DNA of 64,000 nucleotides from an uncultured Pseudomonadota bacterium (GTDB lineage Bacteria; Vulcanimicrobiota; Vulcanimicrobiia; Eremiobacterales; Eremiobacteraceae). Positions within the stretch are counted from its first letter, which is position 1, and every line of letters starts with the position of its first letter. The stretch is from assembly GCA_963736005.1 (NCBI GenBank), contig CAVTNB010000001.1:640001-704000 (forward strand), in the 5' to 3' direction. This document shows positions 9,320 to 19,449 of the stretch, one piece after another. Under the pieces are notes generated by a model. The model did no database searches and was not told where the DNA came from. It saw only the letters and a list, made by a program, of their open reading frames with translations. The position numbers and the translations under genes were made by a program.

Positions 9320-11299
9320 ATGTTGTTGCTTCGCCGATGCTTTATCGTCGCTTGCGCCTGCATCATTCTGTGCGTGCCGACTGCAGGCTACACGATCGGG
9401 CTACCCCCGCTACCTAACCCTCCGGCGCTGCCTAAACTCCCCAATCTTCCGATTCCGGATGTGACCGATTTGCTGAACGGTGAAGCGATAACGACAAGCC
9501 TATCGGACGCGGTCACCGGCATACCATTCTTGAACGACTACGTACCTGGACTTGGCAGAAATCTCACCTCGATACCGCACAATTCGAGGGGCGAGTTTGA
9601 TCTCGTATCAGGGTCCTACTGGTACAACGGACGCTCCTATTGTTTGCACGCTGGAAAGCGCGCACCAACATCGGGCAGTTCGTATCTCTATGCACCTCTC
9701 AAAGGTCCGAGGGCGCCGATTATCGAGGACATCTTGCGCAATTCGGCTTCGCATCTCGAGATCCCACAGCCAACGGTCCAGCAACTCATATGGGCGATCC
9801 TTGCCCGAGCCAAGATCAGTGACACGTCGCCCGAGTTGCAAGCGGCAGCGGTCAAGCTCCTCAGTCCCGCCGAGTTATTGGAGCTGAATACGAACGCGGT
9901 AGCATTCATCCCAGCAGATAAGTTTAACGCGTTGCTCTCCAAGATACCAGATCCGATGAGGCCCGTCATCGACGCAGAAAATTCCTTACGTGGCATGTTG
10001 ACCTCGAACGCTACCTACCAAGACATGGAGCGCGTGGCAGTCCTTCCGGGCTTGCCAGAGGCGGGTGGTCAAGCGGAGGCGCAAGCGCAAGTCCGCTGGT
10101 CATACGATCCGCATGGTTTCTTTATGTGGTTCACTCCGCACGGTTATCAGGAAACGACGACGTACCTCGATGTCCCAGGAGCAGTCACAGAACGCACGGA
10201 CCAGCTGGGGCGGATCACAACTCTGCAAGATAATAAGGGCGACAGTTTGGCCGTCACTTACGCCGGCCCGGGCTTAGGGGTAGACGGCGATCCACAGACG
10301 CAATTTTATCACATCGCCTCCCTACGATTTGTCTGGCAAGAGGGCAACGTCCACAACCCAACGCACCACGACGAAACGTGGTCAACAAACCAGCTCGTAA
10401 TGGTAGGCGTGCCAAGTGGCAGCGGCAAGATTGCGACAGCCGGAGCACAAGCCCAGTATGACACGGAAAGCGGATTGCGCAGTCAGTTCTCGGGTTTATT
10501 GCACCAGATTCACGGCCAAGACAGCGCGCTGCCGGAATTGATGGCCCTCGCCGAGTTTCGAACCGCGCTGAAGACGGTCGCAAGTGCTAAGGTCAGCCAT
10601 ACGGAAGCAGCGATTCAGGCTACGACCTTCCCTGTGGGCGCTTGGGAATCGGCTCTTGCTCGTTCTACGGGGGGCAGGGTGGCAGCCGATGTCCGCGCGG
10701 GAGTGGATCAAGCGTTTAACCCCGCGAACAACACCGGGGTTCCCCAGAATAGCAGCGCTCAGCGTTTAGCGCAATCACCGAACCCTAGCTCGTCTTCAGG
10801 TGGGGGCCCGCCGCCGCCCGGTGGGGGCCCGCCGCCCGGGAAGGGTAAGCCTAAGCCCAAGGGACCCGGCAAGCCGCAGGGTCCCGGCAAGCCGCAGGGT
10901 CCGGGCAACCCGCAGGGTCCCGGGAATCAGCCTGGCGGCCAAGGCCCACCCCCGGGTCCGGGTTCCGGAAGTCCCTGGCAGCAGCTAATTCAGCAAGGAC
11001 TTCAGGGAGCCGGCTGGCCGTCTCCCGACGCCAACAATATCCCTTATGATGTTGTGACTGCTGGAAATAACGCCGCCGACTTAAATTGGGAGGACAACGG
11101 CCCAGGCTACCAGATCGACGGCCACACATATCCAATATACGGGCCAAACGGCTTGGTAGAAGGTTGGGCGACGACCGTCGGCCTTTACGTAGGCCCGTTC
11201 AACACTATTGTCGGCGATGCCCACGGAGTCGGTGACTCCCCTGCTTCTTCAATAACCGATGCGGTGCAACAGCTGATCCATTGCTGTCCTGCGCCTTAA
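9320..11299 (+). CDS. Secreted multidomain protein with thioester-domain-like motifs and a Pro/Gly linker
   Basis: Signal peptide; SYCLHAGKRAP, VQQLIW, YD-like TDQLGRITTLQD, GPGKPQ repeats. Confidence 0.8.
   Translation: MLLLRRCFIVACACIILCVPTAGYTIGLPPLPNPPALPKLPNLPIPDVTDLLNGEAITTSLSDAVTGIPFLNDYVPGLGRNLTSIPHNSRGEFDLVSGSYWYNGRSYCLHAGKRAPTSGSSYLYAPLKGPRAPIIEDILRNSASHLEIPQPTVQQLIWAILARAKISDTSPELQAAAVKLLSPAELLELNTNAVAFIPADKFNALLSKIPDPMRPVIDAENSLRGMLTSNATYQDMERVAVLPGLPEAGGQAEAQAQVRWSYDPHGFFMWFTPHGYQETTTYLDVPGAVTERTDQLGRITTLQDNKGDSLAVTYAGPGLGVDGDPQTQFYHIASLRFVWQEGNVHNPTHHDETWSTNQLVMVGVPSGSGKIATAGAQAQYDTESGLRSQFSGLLHQIHGQDSALPELMALAEFRTALKTVASAKVSHTEAAIQATTFPVGAWESALARSTGGRVAADVRAGVDQAFNPANNTGVPQNSSAQRLAQSPNPSSSSGGGPPPPGGGPPPGKGKPKPKGPGKPQGPGKPQGPGNPQGPGNQPGGQGPPPGPGSGSPWQQLIQQGLQGAGWPSPDANNIPYDVVTAGNNAADLNWEDNGPGYQIDGHTYPIYGPNGLVEGWATTVGLYVGPFNTIVGDAHGVGDSPASSITDAVQQLIHCCPAP
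10799..10930 (+). repeat. Intragenic tandem repeats (about 21 bp x2 and 18 bp x about 4)
   Basis: GGTGGGGGCCCGCCGCC twice; GG(A/T)CC(C/G)GGCAA(G/C)CCGCAG at 10862, 10880, 10898, partial at 10916. Confidence 0.85.
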
Positions 11300-11378
11300 G
11301 TGGCAATTGAAATCATTGGAGCCGACGGGTCTACATTCTCATACAATGATAAATAGATCACGTGTAAGGAGAGACATC

Positions 11379-12419
11379 ATGCGTAAGTACTCATTTCAAT
11401 TATTCCTCTTGCTCGGACTGGCCGCGTGGTGTATTTCTTTGACGCGCTCAGTCGGGCTGGCCGAGGCCAACAACCGCGAAGGCTGCATGAATCAATGGCT
11501 GTTCAATGGGGTATGGCGCGTCAAAGTTACCGACGTCGAGCCCGTCATGAACGGTAGCCAGCAACAGGGCTGGCAAGTTACCGAGGTTTGGCGCAATGGG
11601 ACTTCCCGCGAACTGAGTCCAGCCGATTCAGTGCTCAAAGACCAAACTTTGGAACTCGGTAACGGCGCCATTACGGCCAGCCAAACGAGCGGCGGCACTC
11701 TGTCATTGCAAACCGTTACGAATAACAATATGGCCCCGTCCGGCCAGCTCACCTACAAGCAGATCTTCCTAGCAAGCAATCTCAATGCGGATCCATCCAA
11801 CAAACCCAAGGGCCTACAGATCACGTTCAATGGTACTCAACTTGCGCAAGAAACCTCGAAGCCCCAGTTCACTTCGTCGAAGTACAATTTCCACTTCAAT
11901 CTTGGTTGCATGGCGACTGGTGCGGCAGCAAACGCCGAGGGTGGCTCCAGCCAGGTTGCAGCGAATGAAGGTTGCTTGAATCAATGGATGACCAACAGTA
12001 TTTGGAGGATGCGTGTCACCGCATTTTCGCCATATCCGCCCGACGCGCAACCACAAGACCAGACTGGATGGAACATAACGCAGACTTGGGTTAACTCGAC
12101 AGCTCGCAAGGTACAGCCCCTCGGTATAGGAGCAATGCCATCAAACGTCACGGACGAGTTTATCGCGACACAGAGCGGAAACAACGTTTCATCCGCTAGC
12201 GTGGCGGGTGGACTAAGCATGAGTTTCCGATTCCACGTTTTCCAACCACACGAATCATACACGTTCACACAGCTCTTTTTGGGCAGCGGACTGAATGGTA
12301 ACGACAAGCCGGTTCGTGTGCTCGTTCTGTTCGACACGGCAACGCAAAACGCGATACCCGGCGTGCCGCACTATCACTTGCCCGCAAACTTCAGAATCAA
12401 TCTGACCTGCACAAAATAA
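11379..12419 (+). CDS. Secreted protein with an internally duplicated domain
   Basis: AAGGAG SD; halves begin EGCMNQWLFNGVWRVKVT / EGCLNQWMTNSIWRMRVT and end NFHFNLGC / NFRINLTC. Confidence 0.85.
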   Translation: MRKYSFQLFLLLGLAAWCISLTRSVGLAEANNREGCMNQWLFNGVWRVKVTDVEPVMNGSQQQGWQVTEVWRNGTSRELSPADSVLKDQTLELGNGAITASQTSGGTLSLQTVTNNNMAPSGQLTYKQIFLASNLNADPSNKPKGLQITFNGTQLAQETSKPQFTSSKYNFHFNLGCMATGAAANAEGGSSQVAANEGCLNQWMTNSIWRMRVTAFSPYPPDAQPQDQTGWNITQTWVNSTARKVQPLGIGAMPSNVTDEFIATQSGNNVSSASVAGGLSMSFRFHVFQPHESYTFTQLFLGSGLNGNDKPVRVLVLFDTATQNAIPGVPHYHLPANFRINLTCTK

Positions 12420-12467
12420 CAAAGGCGCCCAGCCGTTAGGTTGCGCAAAGGAGATAGGGGTTTGTGC

Positions 12468-12543
12468 TGGAGCGGGAGACGGGTCTCGAACCCGCAACAT
12501 CCAGCTTGGAAGGCTAGCGCTCTACCAATTGAGCTACTCCCGC
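12468..12543 (-). tRNA. tRNA-Gly(TCC)
   Basis: GCGGGAGTAGCTCAATTGGTAGAGC..CT-TCC-AA..GGTTCGAGACC..CCA. Confidence 0.97.
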
Positions 12544-12550
12544 CCGCATA

Positions 12551-14923
12551 TCATAGGTTAGGAATGAGGATGAGCGTGTCCTTGGTAGCTGCCTTGACGG
12601 CAGCATCTGAGAACGCCAACGGTACCCATCGGGCAGCGCTAAAATCTTCGACTTCGTCTTGATAATGCTTGTTGTTGAATTGCCCCGATTCCCCGAGCGT
12701 CAATACCATGGAAGAATTATCCCAGTTGGAGATGTCGTCGACGAGTCTGGATGCAGGACCGTGTTCTGGTTTTGCAGCGTAGACGGTAAGGCCATCTCCG
12801 GCTTGGGGAAACGTTCGGATGTTGAACAACACGTTCAGCGGCCATTGGCGGCCAAGGGGATGATCGAAAATCGCCGCATTCTTCGTTCCCCAAACAGCGG
12901 CAGAGGCAACTCCTTGACCCGCCGTCGCACCTACCGCGTCGGCTGCGCGCGCACACGCACGAGGGAGCGCTGCAAGAAGCGAGTCGTGGGTTATCCCGAT
13001 TGAGGCGAGCGACCGGTTACCCTTCATGACGCGTTCGAAGACGACGACCGGATTGTAGTCTTTTAGATAACGGTCGGTCAGCGTCGATCCCAGCTTTGGT
13101 TCGAGTAACTCGTCGGTCAGTGAACGCTCGAGCGCGACGAGAAACGTGGGAACCCGCGAATCGACCGTTACCCTACCATTCCATTGAGCAAGTTCTGCCG
13201 CAATACGGCTCAATCGCGCATCAGGGTTTCCTTTAAGCGCGTGTGCTGCCATCTGTGCGAGTGTGGATCGCGCTGTATCGATATTGTCCAGTTGAATCGC
13301 GCCTATCGCTTCGGGCGTCATGTGCCCGCCTACCTCAAGACGTTTGTAGATTCGATCGACACGATAGGGAGAATCATAAAACGTTGAGGATCCAACTGGC
13401 GTGCTTCCCGGAGCGAGTTGATTGTTCGCGGTGGCGATGAATCCTCGACTCGGATTGAACGCGTGCGGCAGTTGATTAAATGGTAGGTACCCATGCCAAT
13501 CGTAGCGGCTATCCTGGCCTTCGACCGGAAGCGAGCCATCGCCAGCGATCCGATTGGGAACCCTTCCGGCGAGATGGTATCCGATATTGCCGTCCACATC
13601 GGCGTAGACCCAGTTGAAGATAGGTCCTACGACGTGGGCCAAACCGTCTTCAAATTGATTCCAGTTTGCCGCCCGGTCGAGGTCGCGAAGCAGGTCAAGC
13701 TCGTCACCTCCTTGCAGAATCGTCCACTCCAAAGCGTACGCGGTGCCACCATCTCGCTTGACGAGCGGGCCGTGGCGGGTCACCAGTACATCCAAGACCT
13801 GCGGTAGGCTCCCTTTGACGGCGATACTTTCTCTGCGATGCGAGGCGTGCACCCAGCGCCCATTCACGAGATACTCGTCGGAGGTGGCCGAGCGGAACTT
13901 CTCGACGAAGACATCTTGAACGGCAACGTCACCGCTTGTCACACCGAACGCGATGCGCTGATTGTGGCCAAGCGCGACAAATGGGATGCCAGGAACAATG
14001 AATCCCTCGACGTCGATGCCTGCTCCGTCGAGCTGGACGAGCCAATAGGTGCTAGGCACGGAGTGCTCGAGGTGTGTATCATTCGAGAGCACGGGCTTTC
14101 CGGTTGTTACACGGCGGCCGGCCACGGTCCAGTTATTCGAACCGCTCTGAGGATCCGGAGGAAGCGGGTTCGATTCAAAGCCTTCAGTTGCGAGCGAACC
14201 AAGGTCCGGTGCAGCGACTGCCGGGGTTGTGCTGGACGGTCTATCATTACCCTCAATGAAGTGTTCGAGACTAGGGACCTGCGCATCGAGCAACGCCCTT
14301 GCCGCAACCACGCCGACTCTGCGCTGCAGCAACGCACGCAGCTCCACGCGATCCCACAGGTCGTCAACGCGTTGTGCCATCAGCTTGATGATGGCAATGC
14401 TATCCGTTGGTGTCCAGGGCTGAGGGCGATAGCCAAGCAACCGAAACTCAAGCGGTAGGTGATGGGTTTCGGCGAGGTTGACCCCCGCCGCGTATGCGGT
14501 GGCATCTTGTAAGGCTTGACCACCTAGCATGGTTGCGTCGTGCTGCGCAGCAGTTGCAAGTCCGATGGTTCGCATGTATCGGTCGATACCAAGTGCCGCC
14601 GGTCCCACAATTTCCGACAACTTGCCTTCGGCCGTTCGGCGTAGCAAATCCATTTGCCAGAGCCGATCTTGTCCACACGCAAAACCCTCGCCGAAAAACA
14701 AATCGGCTTCAGAGGATGCTTCGATGTGGGGAATGCCGCGACTGTCGCGTCGGATCGTGACCGGCGCTGCAATGCCAGACACCGAAAGGCTACCGTCGAT
14801 TTTCGGCAACGGAGAGCGAACGATCCAAGCTATGAAGGCGATGAGGAGAGCGAAGATGACGACGAGCCCTAGGACCACGGCTTTGAGTACCGCGGCACGT
14901 CCCTTGCGCAGGCTAAACGCCAT
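12551..14923 (-). CDS. Penicillin acylase family Ntn-hydrolase
   Basis: DSRGIPHIEA, QDRLWQMD, catalytic GSNNW, NDTHL; N-terminal TM. Confidence 0.95.
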   Translation of the reverse strand: MAFSLRKGRAAVLKAVVLGLVVIFALLIAFIAWIVRSPLPKIDGSLSVSGIAAPVTIRRDSRGIPHIEASSEADLFFGEGFACGQDRLWQMDLLRRTAEGKLSEIVGPAALGIDRYMRTIGLATAAQHDATMLGGQALQDATAYAAGVNLAETHHLPLEFRLLGYRPQPWTPTDSIAIIKLMAQRVDDLWDRVELRALLQRRVGVVAARALLDAQVPSLEHFIEGNDRPSSTTPAVAAPDLGSLATEGFESNPLPPDPQSGSNNWTVAGRRVTTGKPVLSNDTHLEHSVPSTYWLVQLDGAGIDVEGFIVPGIPFVALGHNQRIAFGVTSGDVAVQDVFVEKFRSATSDEYLVNGRWVHASHRRESIAVKGSLPQVLDVLVTRHGPLVKRDGGTAYALEWTILQGGDELDLLRDLDRAANWNQFEDGLAHVVGPIFNWVYADVDGNIGYHLAGRVPNRIAGDGSLPVEGQDSRYDWHGYLPFNQLPHAFNPSRGFIATANNQLAPGSTPVGSSTFYDSPYRVDRIYKRLEVGGHMTPEAIGAIQLDNIDTARSTLAQMAAHALKGNPDARLSRIAAELAQWNGRVTVDSRVPTFLVALERSLTDELLEPKLGSTLTDRYLKDYNPVVVFERVMKGNRSLASIGITHDSLLAALPRACARAADAVGATAGQGVASAAVWGTKNAAIFDHPLGRQWPLNVLFNIRTFPQAGDGLTVYAAKPEHGPASRLVDDISNWDNSSMVLTLGESGQFNNKHYQDEVEDFSAARWVPLAFSDAAVKAATKDTLILIPNL

Positions 14924-14960
14924 CCATCATCCTTTGAATACGCGCGTCAACAATTGACTA

Positions 14961-15044
14961 TGGGCAGGGTAGGATTCGAACCTACGTAGCGCGTCGCGCG
15001 GCAGATTTACAGTCTGCTGCCATTAACCACTCGGCCACCTGCCC
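14961..15044 (-). tRNA. tRNA-Tyr(GTA)
   Basis: GGGCAGGTGGCCGAGTGGTTAATGGC..CT-GTA-AA, long variable arm, GGTTCGAATCC. Confidence 0.97.
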
Positions 15045-15443
15045 GTGATCGTGGAAATCCTTTGTAGTACCTAACTTTGTTGTGATTTCAGGGTTGCGGT
15101 GCTTCGGCGGCTAGGCCGTTTTTTCGCTAATTTTGTTGCCACTGCATACTTGCATTATGGGAGCATCGCCTTTTTCGTCCCATTTGGCGGTTGCTCCTCG
15201 ACCGCAGCTTCGAGCCTTGCGCAACATCGCATCAACGACCTGGCGGTCGTTTCTTGCATTGAAGCTAGACGCAGCGTAGGTTCAGTGTTAGGGAGCCCTT
15301 GAATTTTGGCGAGTATTCGAGAAGGGTTAGAGATGGTATAATACCTCGAAGCGAACATCGGCCATGAATTGTTCGCGTCAACATGGCGACCCATTTTATC
15401 CTCGTCCTTCCGAAGCTTCTTCAACCTTGAAAGGTAGCTGTTT

Positions 15444-15725
15444 ATGTTCGTAACCGTCATCCATCGCATTAGCAATCCCGACCAGTTCGAGTCGTCGGCC
15501 AAGGGCGCTACAGAGGTGATCCCGTCACACCTCAAATTGCACCAATACCTACCGGGCACAGATCGCAAAACAGCAACGTGCTTGTGGGAAGCGCGTTCAG
15601 CTGAGGATGTGAAAGAATTCCTAGAACCCGTTGTCGGCCACGTCAGCCAGAACGAGTACATACCGTTGAACGCCGATGCTGGGTTTGGCTTGCCAGCCGT
15701 ATCGGCGGCCTCAGGACCTCGCTAG
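15444..15725 (+). CDS. Hypothetical small protein
   Basis: 93-aa ORF with AAGG SD and globular-looking sequence (ATCLWEA). Confidence 0.7.
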   Translation: MFVTVIHRISNPDQFESSAKGATEVIPSHLKLHQYLPGTDRKTATCLWEARSAEDVKEFLEPVVGHVSQNEYIPLNADAGFGLPAVSAASGPR

Positions 15726-15961
15726 AGACGCGATGCGGCGTTGGGTTGCGTCACAAAACGGCATAACCGCCAAGTACGGTTCGGGCGCGCCTAGTGTTCG
15801 GCTGAATTCAAGGATTGGTTCGGCTCAGTAATAACGGGTGGTTCCCCTTCGCACGAGGCGCGGCCATCAAGATGGTCAGTTGCGCATCAAGCTTGCGGGC
15901 GAACTTGTGGTATCATTCTCACTGCACCTGGGCCAGTAGGGATTGCATTTATCGTCCCTGT

Positions 15962-18733
15962 CTAGGGCTTGAGCGCTTCTTCGACCGCCTGATCTTCCGA
16001 CCACGCCGCACCTTCGGCCGCGAGCTTTTCTATTTCGGCTTCGCTTAGATGCTCGCGCAACGCAGCCACCAGCTTCTCATAGCCCCACTTCTCGGTGTAC
16101 TCACGCTCGTTCCCGAGGTCTTTATATTGCATGTTGACGTAGCCGATGATATGCGCTGCGCTGCGAACTTCTCCGCGCAGCGCCCCGAGCAAGGCAATAT
16201 GCTGCAACGCGACCGCGGCGTTAAATGCATCCTGTGCTTGCCGCGCCCAACGGAGTCCCTCGCGAGCACCTATCCCCGCTCCATTCAAGTCTCCTAACGC
16301 GATGCGATAGGCGGAGCTATTGTTGTAGACGACTGCCAAGCGATGTGCGTTCTTCCCACGCATCTCCATTTCCAAGGTCGCGCTCACTGAGCGAAGCGCC
16401 TCTTCGGCACTCCCTTCTTTGAACTCCAGCTCTGCGAGATTTAACAGCACTCGGCCCATCCCCAACTCGTCTCCGAGCGCTTTGTATGCCGCAAGCGCCT
16501 CCGCAAACAACGCATGCCCCGCAGCGAAATCGCCGCGATCCGACTGGATAAACGCCTGCACGTTTAGGCAGTTAGCCACTCCCCGTTTATCTCCTGACTC
16601 GCGCATCGCCACTAGCGCTCGTGTGTTTATCCCAAGTGCCTCCTCGAGACGGCCCATTTGGTCGAGACCGAACGCAAGACTTATGGACGCCCAGGCCACC
16701 CCACGACTGTCGCTCGCCAACTGGTACATCTCGACGGCGCGTTTGGCGCAGTCGTACTTGTGCCTGCCGGAGAAAGACCCACTAAGCGAAAGCCACATCC
16801 GAGCTGCCGCCTCCGGGTGCGTTGATTCGTCGAGGGCTGCTTGCGCAAGACCGATCCAATAGCGCCCCTCCAGCGCTAGTCCGCCGTCAAACCAAAGGTG
16901 CTGAAGCGCCCCAGCAGCGGCAGCACCCAATGCCACGTCGCGTCCATCTTTCAGCGTCCACTCCAGCAGGGCGCGGTAGTTGTCCAGTTCCATTTCTACG
17001 CTCGCCAGCCACGCCGAAGTTGAGCCTATACCGTAGCGTTTGTCGGCATCGTGTGCTTGGTCACGAAAGTATTCGGCGTGGCGGCGGGCCAGCCGTTCGC
17101 GGTCGCCTGTTGCCGTCAGCTTCTCCAGAGCGTAGGCCCTAGTGGATTCAAGCAAATGGTAGCGCTCCTGTGCGCCACCCGTATCAGCCACCACGAGCGA
17201 CTTGTCGGTCAAAGATGAAAGCAAGTCCAACACGTCGATCTCATCGAGGCCCTCGCCGGCGCACACCGCTGTGGCCGCATCCAAGCTAAAGCCTCCAGCG
17301 AAAATCGCTGTCCGCCTGAACAACATCTGCTCCTGTGGGGTGAGAAGGTCGTAGGACCAGTCGATGAGCGCACTCAGCGTCTTTTGGCGTGGCAGCGCAG
17401 TTCGGCTACCGCCAGTGAGGATCTTAAAGCGTTCATTGAGCCGCTGCGCGAGGTTCGGGATACTCAACACCTTCACCCGAGCAGCGGCGAGTTCGATGGC
17501 GAGCGGAATACCATCAAGACGGCGACATATCTCGGCAACGACCGGGGCCGTGTCGTCGGTCAGGGAGAAGGACCGATCGATTAACTGCGCCCTATCCACA
17601 AAGAGTGCCACCGCACCAAATTCCACGGCCGCCTCAGGCGTTAGGTCAGCGATCTTGTGCGGCACGTCGAGTGAAGAAAGCCGCATGACCTGTTCGCCGC
17701 TCACCCCAAGCGCCTGACGTGACGTGGATAGAATGCGCACCTGTGGACAGTTGCGGTGAATGGCGTCAGCCAAAATGGCAACGGGTCCCAACAAATGCTC
17801 GCAATTGTCCAGGATCAACAATAAGGTCTTCCTTTTGAGCCATGGCGGAATGGACTCATCGACTCTGCGGCCTTCCACTTGGCTCATGCCTACCACTTTG
17901 GCGATGACACTTGAGACAAGCTCGGGGTCGGTGATGGCCGCAAAGTCCACCAACCAGACACCGTCAGGGTAGTGATCCAACAAATCTGCACCAACCTGAA
18001 TCGCCAGCCGTGTCTTGCCGATACCGCCCGCCCCCACAAGCGTTAACAATCGGTGGGCGGCGAGCAGTTTGTCTACGCCTTCGAGATCGTGCTCGCGACC
18101 ACGAAAGCTCGTGACCTGCATCGGCAGATTGTTGGGCAGCGTGTCGAGCGATTTGAGCGGCGGGAAGTCTGCAAGCAGACCCTCGATGGTGAGTTGCCAA
18201 ACTTGCTCGGCCTCGGTGAGGTCCTTGAGCCGATGCGAGCCGAGGTCTAAGAGCGACACGCCTGCGGGAAGATCGCTATGGGCCAGTTCGCGAGTGGAAC
18301 CTGACAGCAGCACTTGACCGCCGTGGCCGATGGACATGAGTCGCGCCGTACGGTTAACGGCTGGGCCGAGGTAATCGGCGTTGCGCTCCTCTGCGTATCC
18401 CGTGTGTAGACCCATGCGCACGCGCAAACCGTCAACATTTGTAAAATCTTCTTTGGCCAATGCAAGCTGTGCATGAAGAGCTGCGTGAACCGCATCAGGT
18501 GCAGTGGGAAACGCAGCGCAGAACGCATCGCCCATAATCTTGAAGACGTAACCGCCATGCTGCTTGATCGCAACGGTCATAAGCTGCTCGTGACGCGCCA
18601 AAGCAGCCTTCATCGCCTCGCGGTGCTGCTCCCAACGTTGCGTTGAGCCTTCGATGTCGGAAAATAGAAATGTCACCGTACCCGTAGGTAAAGTGTCGAG
18701 GCCTTTGGTCTCGGCCCCACTTTCGGGTGGCAT
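15962..18733 (-). CDS. Class III adenylate/guanylate cyclase fused to a STAND (NB-ARC-like) ATPase and TPRs
   Basis: TFLFSDIEGST, GDAF, GPAVNRTAR; Walker A GAGGIGKT; LLILDNCEHL; GIPLAIELAA; helical repeats. Confidence 0.93.
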   Translation of the reverse strand: MPPESGAETKGLDTLPTGTVTFLFSDIEGSTQRWEQHREAMKAALARHEQLMTVAIKQHGGYVFKIMGDAFCAAFPTAPDAVHAALHAQLALAKEDFTNVDGLRVRMGLHTGYAEERNADYLGPAVNRTARLMSIGHGGQVLLSGSTRELAHSDLPAGVSLLDLGSHRLKDLTEAEQVWQLTIEGLLADFPPLKSLDTLPNNLPMQVTSFRGREHDLEGVDKLLAAHRLLTLVGAGGIGKTRLAIQVGADLLDHYPDGVWLVDFAAITDPELVSSVIAKVVGMSQVEGRRVDESIPPWLKRKTLLLILDNCEHLLGPVAILADAIHRNCPQVRILSTSRQALGVSGEQVMRLSSLDVPHKIADLTPEAAVEFGAVALFVDRAQLIDRSFSLTDDTAPVVAEICRRLDGIPLAIELAAARVKVLSIPNLAQRLNERFKILTGGSRTALPRQKTLSALIDWSYDLLTPQEQMLFRRTAIFAGGFSLDAATAVCAGEGLDEIDVLDLLSSLTDKSLVVADTGGAQERYHLLESTRAYALEKLTATGDRERLARRHAEYFRDQAHDADKRYGIGSTSAWLASVEMELDNYRALLEWTLKDGRDVALGAAAAGALQHLWFDGGLALEGRYWIGLAQAALDESTHPEAAARMWLSLSGSFSGRHKYDCAKRAVEMYQLASDSRGVAWASISLAFGLDQMGRLEEALGINTRALVAMRESGDKRGVANCLNVQAFIQSDRGDFAAGHALFAEALAAYKALGDELGMGRVLLNLAELEFKEGSAEEALRSVSATLEMEMRGKNAHRLAVVYNNSSAYRIALGDLNGAGIGAREGLRWARQAQDAFNAAVALQHIALLGALRGEVRSAAHIIGYVNMQYKDLGNEREYTEKWGYEKLVAALREHLSEAEIEKLAAEGAAWSEDQAVEEALKP

Positions 18734-18810
18734 TGGCTAAAGGAGTTCGGCTGCGCGCTCGAAGGAACCTAGGTTGTGACGCAACGGTGAGCTAACGTTC
18801 GGTAGCGCCT

Positions 18811-19398
18811 TCAGATCTGCGAGGACTGATCCTCGGTCAACCACTTGTCAACCACCTTGGCGCGCGGCGTGTGGCCAGGATACGTGCCGTGCGGGTGTTT
18901 GCGCAACCATTCCCGTGCGCGCATCGCCATGTACTCGAAGTTTGCGAACTGCCAATCGCCGCGCCGCCGTCGCAAGATGGCGATGACCGGTTCGAGGCGG
19001 TCCCAATACGCCACGGTCAGGCGAGCGAACAAATCCATCCAAGCGCTTTCTTCCACAAGATTGTTCTTGAGTAGCGTGCCGACCGCATTGAACCAGTTGC
19101 AGGCGATAATCTCAAGATGCACACGAGAGTCGAGCAAGCCGAGCGCATCGAGCTCTTTGCGAAATTCCTCGTTGCGCAACTTGTAAGGTAGCTCCGCCTG
19201 CACAAAGCGCAACGCTTCCTGCATGTCGCTGCCGCGCAGATCACGTTCCATTGAGATCACGGCACTGATCTGATTAAACGAGGCGGCATGGTGGAGCGAA
19301 ATGGCGGCCGCAATGACGCTGGCCAGCAGCAATAAGAAGGTTCCCACCGTGGCCCAGGTGTTCAACGCTGTATAGTCGATCGCGAATTCAAGCGTCAT
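18811..19398 (-). CDS. DUF4760-like membrane-anchored protein (paralog 1)
   Basis: N-terminal TM; NWFNAVGTLLK; FANFEYMA; paralogous to 25787 and 32936. Confidence 0.8.
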   Translation of the reverse strand: MTLEFAIDYTALNTWATVGTFLLLLASVIAAAISLHHAASFNQISAVISMERDLRGSDMQEALRFVQAELPYKLRNEEFRKELDALGLLDSRVHLEIIACNWFNAVGTLLKNNLVEESAWMDLFARLTVAYWDRLEPVIAILRRRRGDWQFANFEYMAMRAREWLRKHPHGTYPGHTPRAKVVDKWLTEDQSSQI

Positions 19399-19449
19399 GA
19401 GTTAGTTCTCGTACCCTCCTAGACGTATCTAACCTCACCTGCGGGCAAA

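Noticed and set aside
10862..10930. Collagen-like domain
   Set aside because: The GPGKPQ repeat does not place Gly at every third residue.
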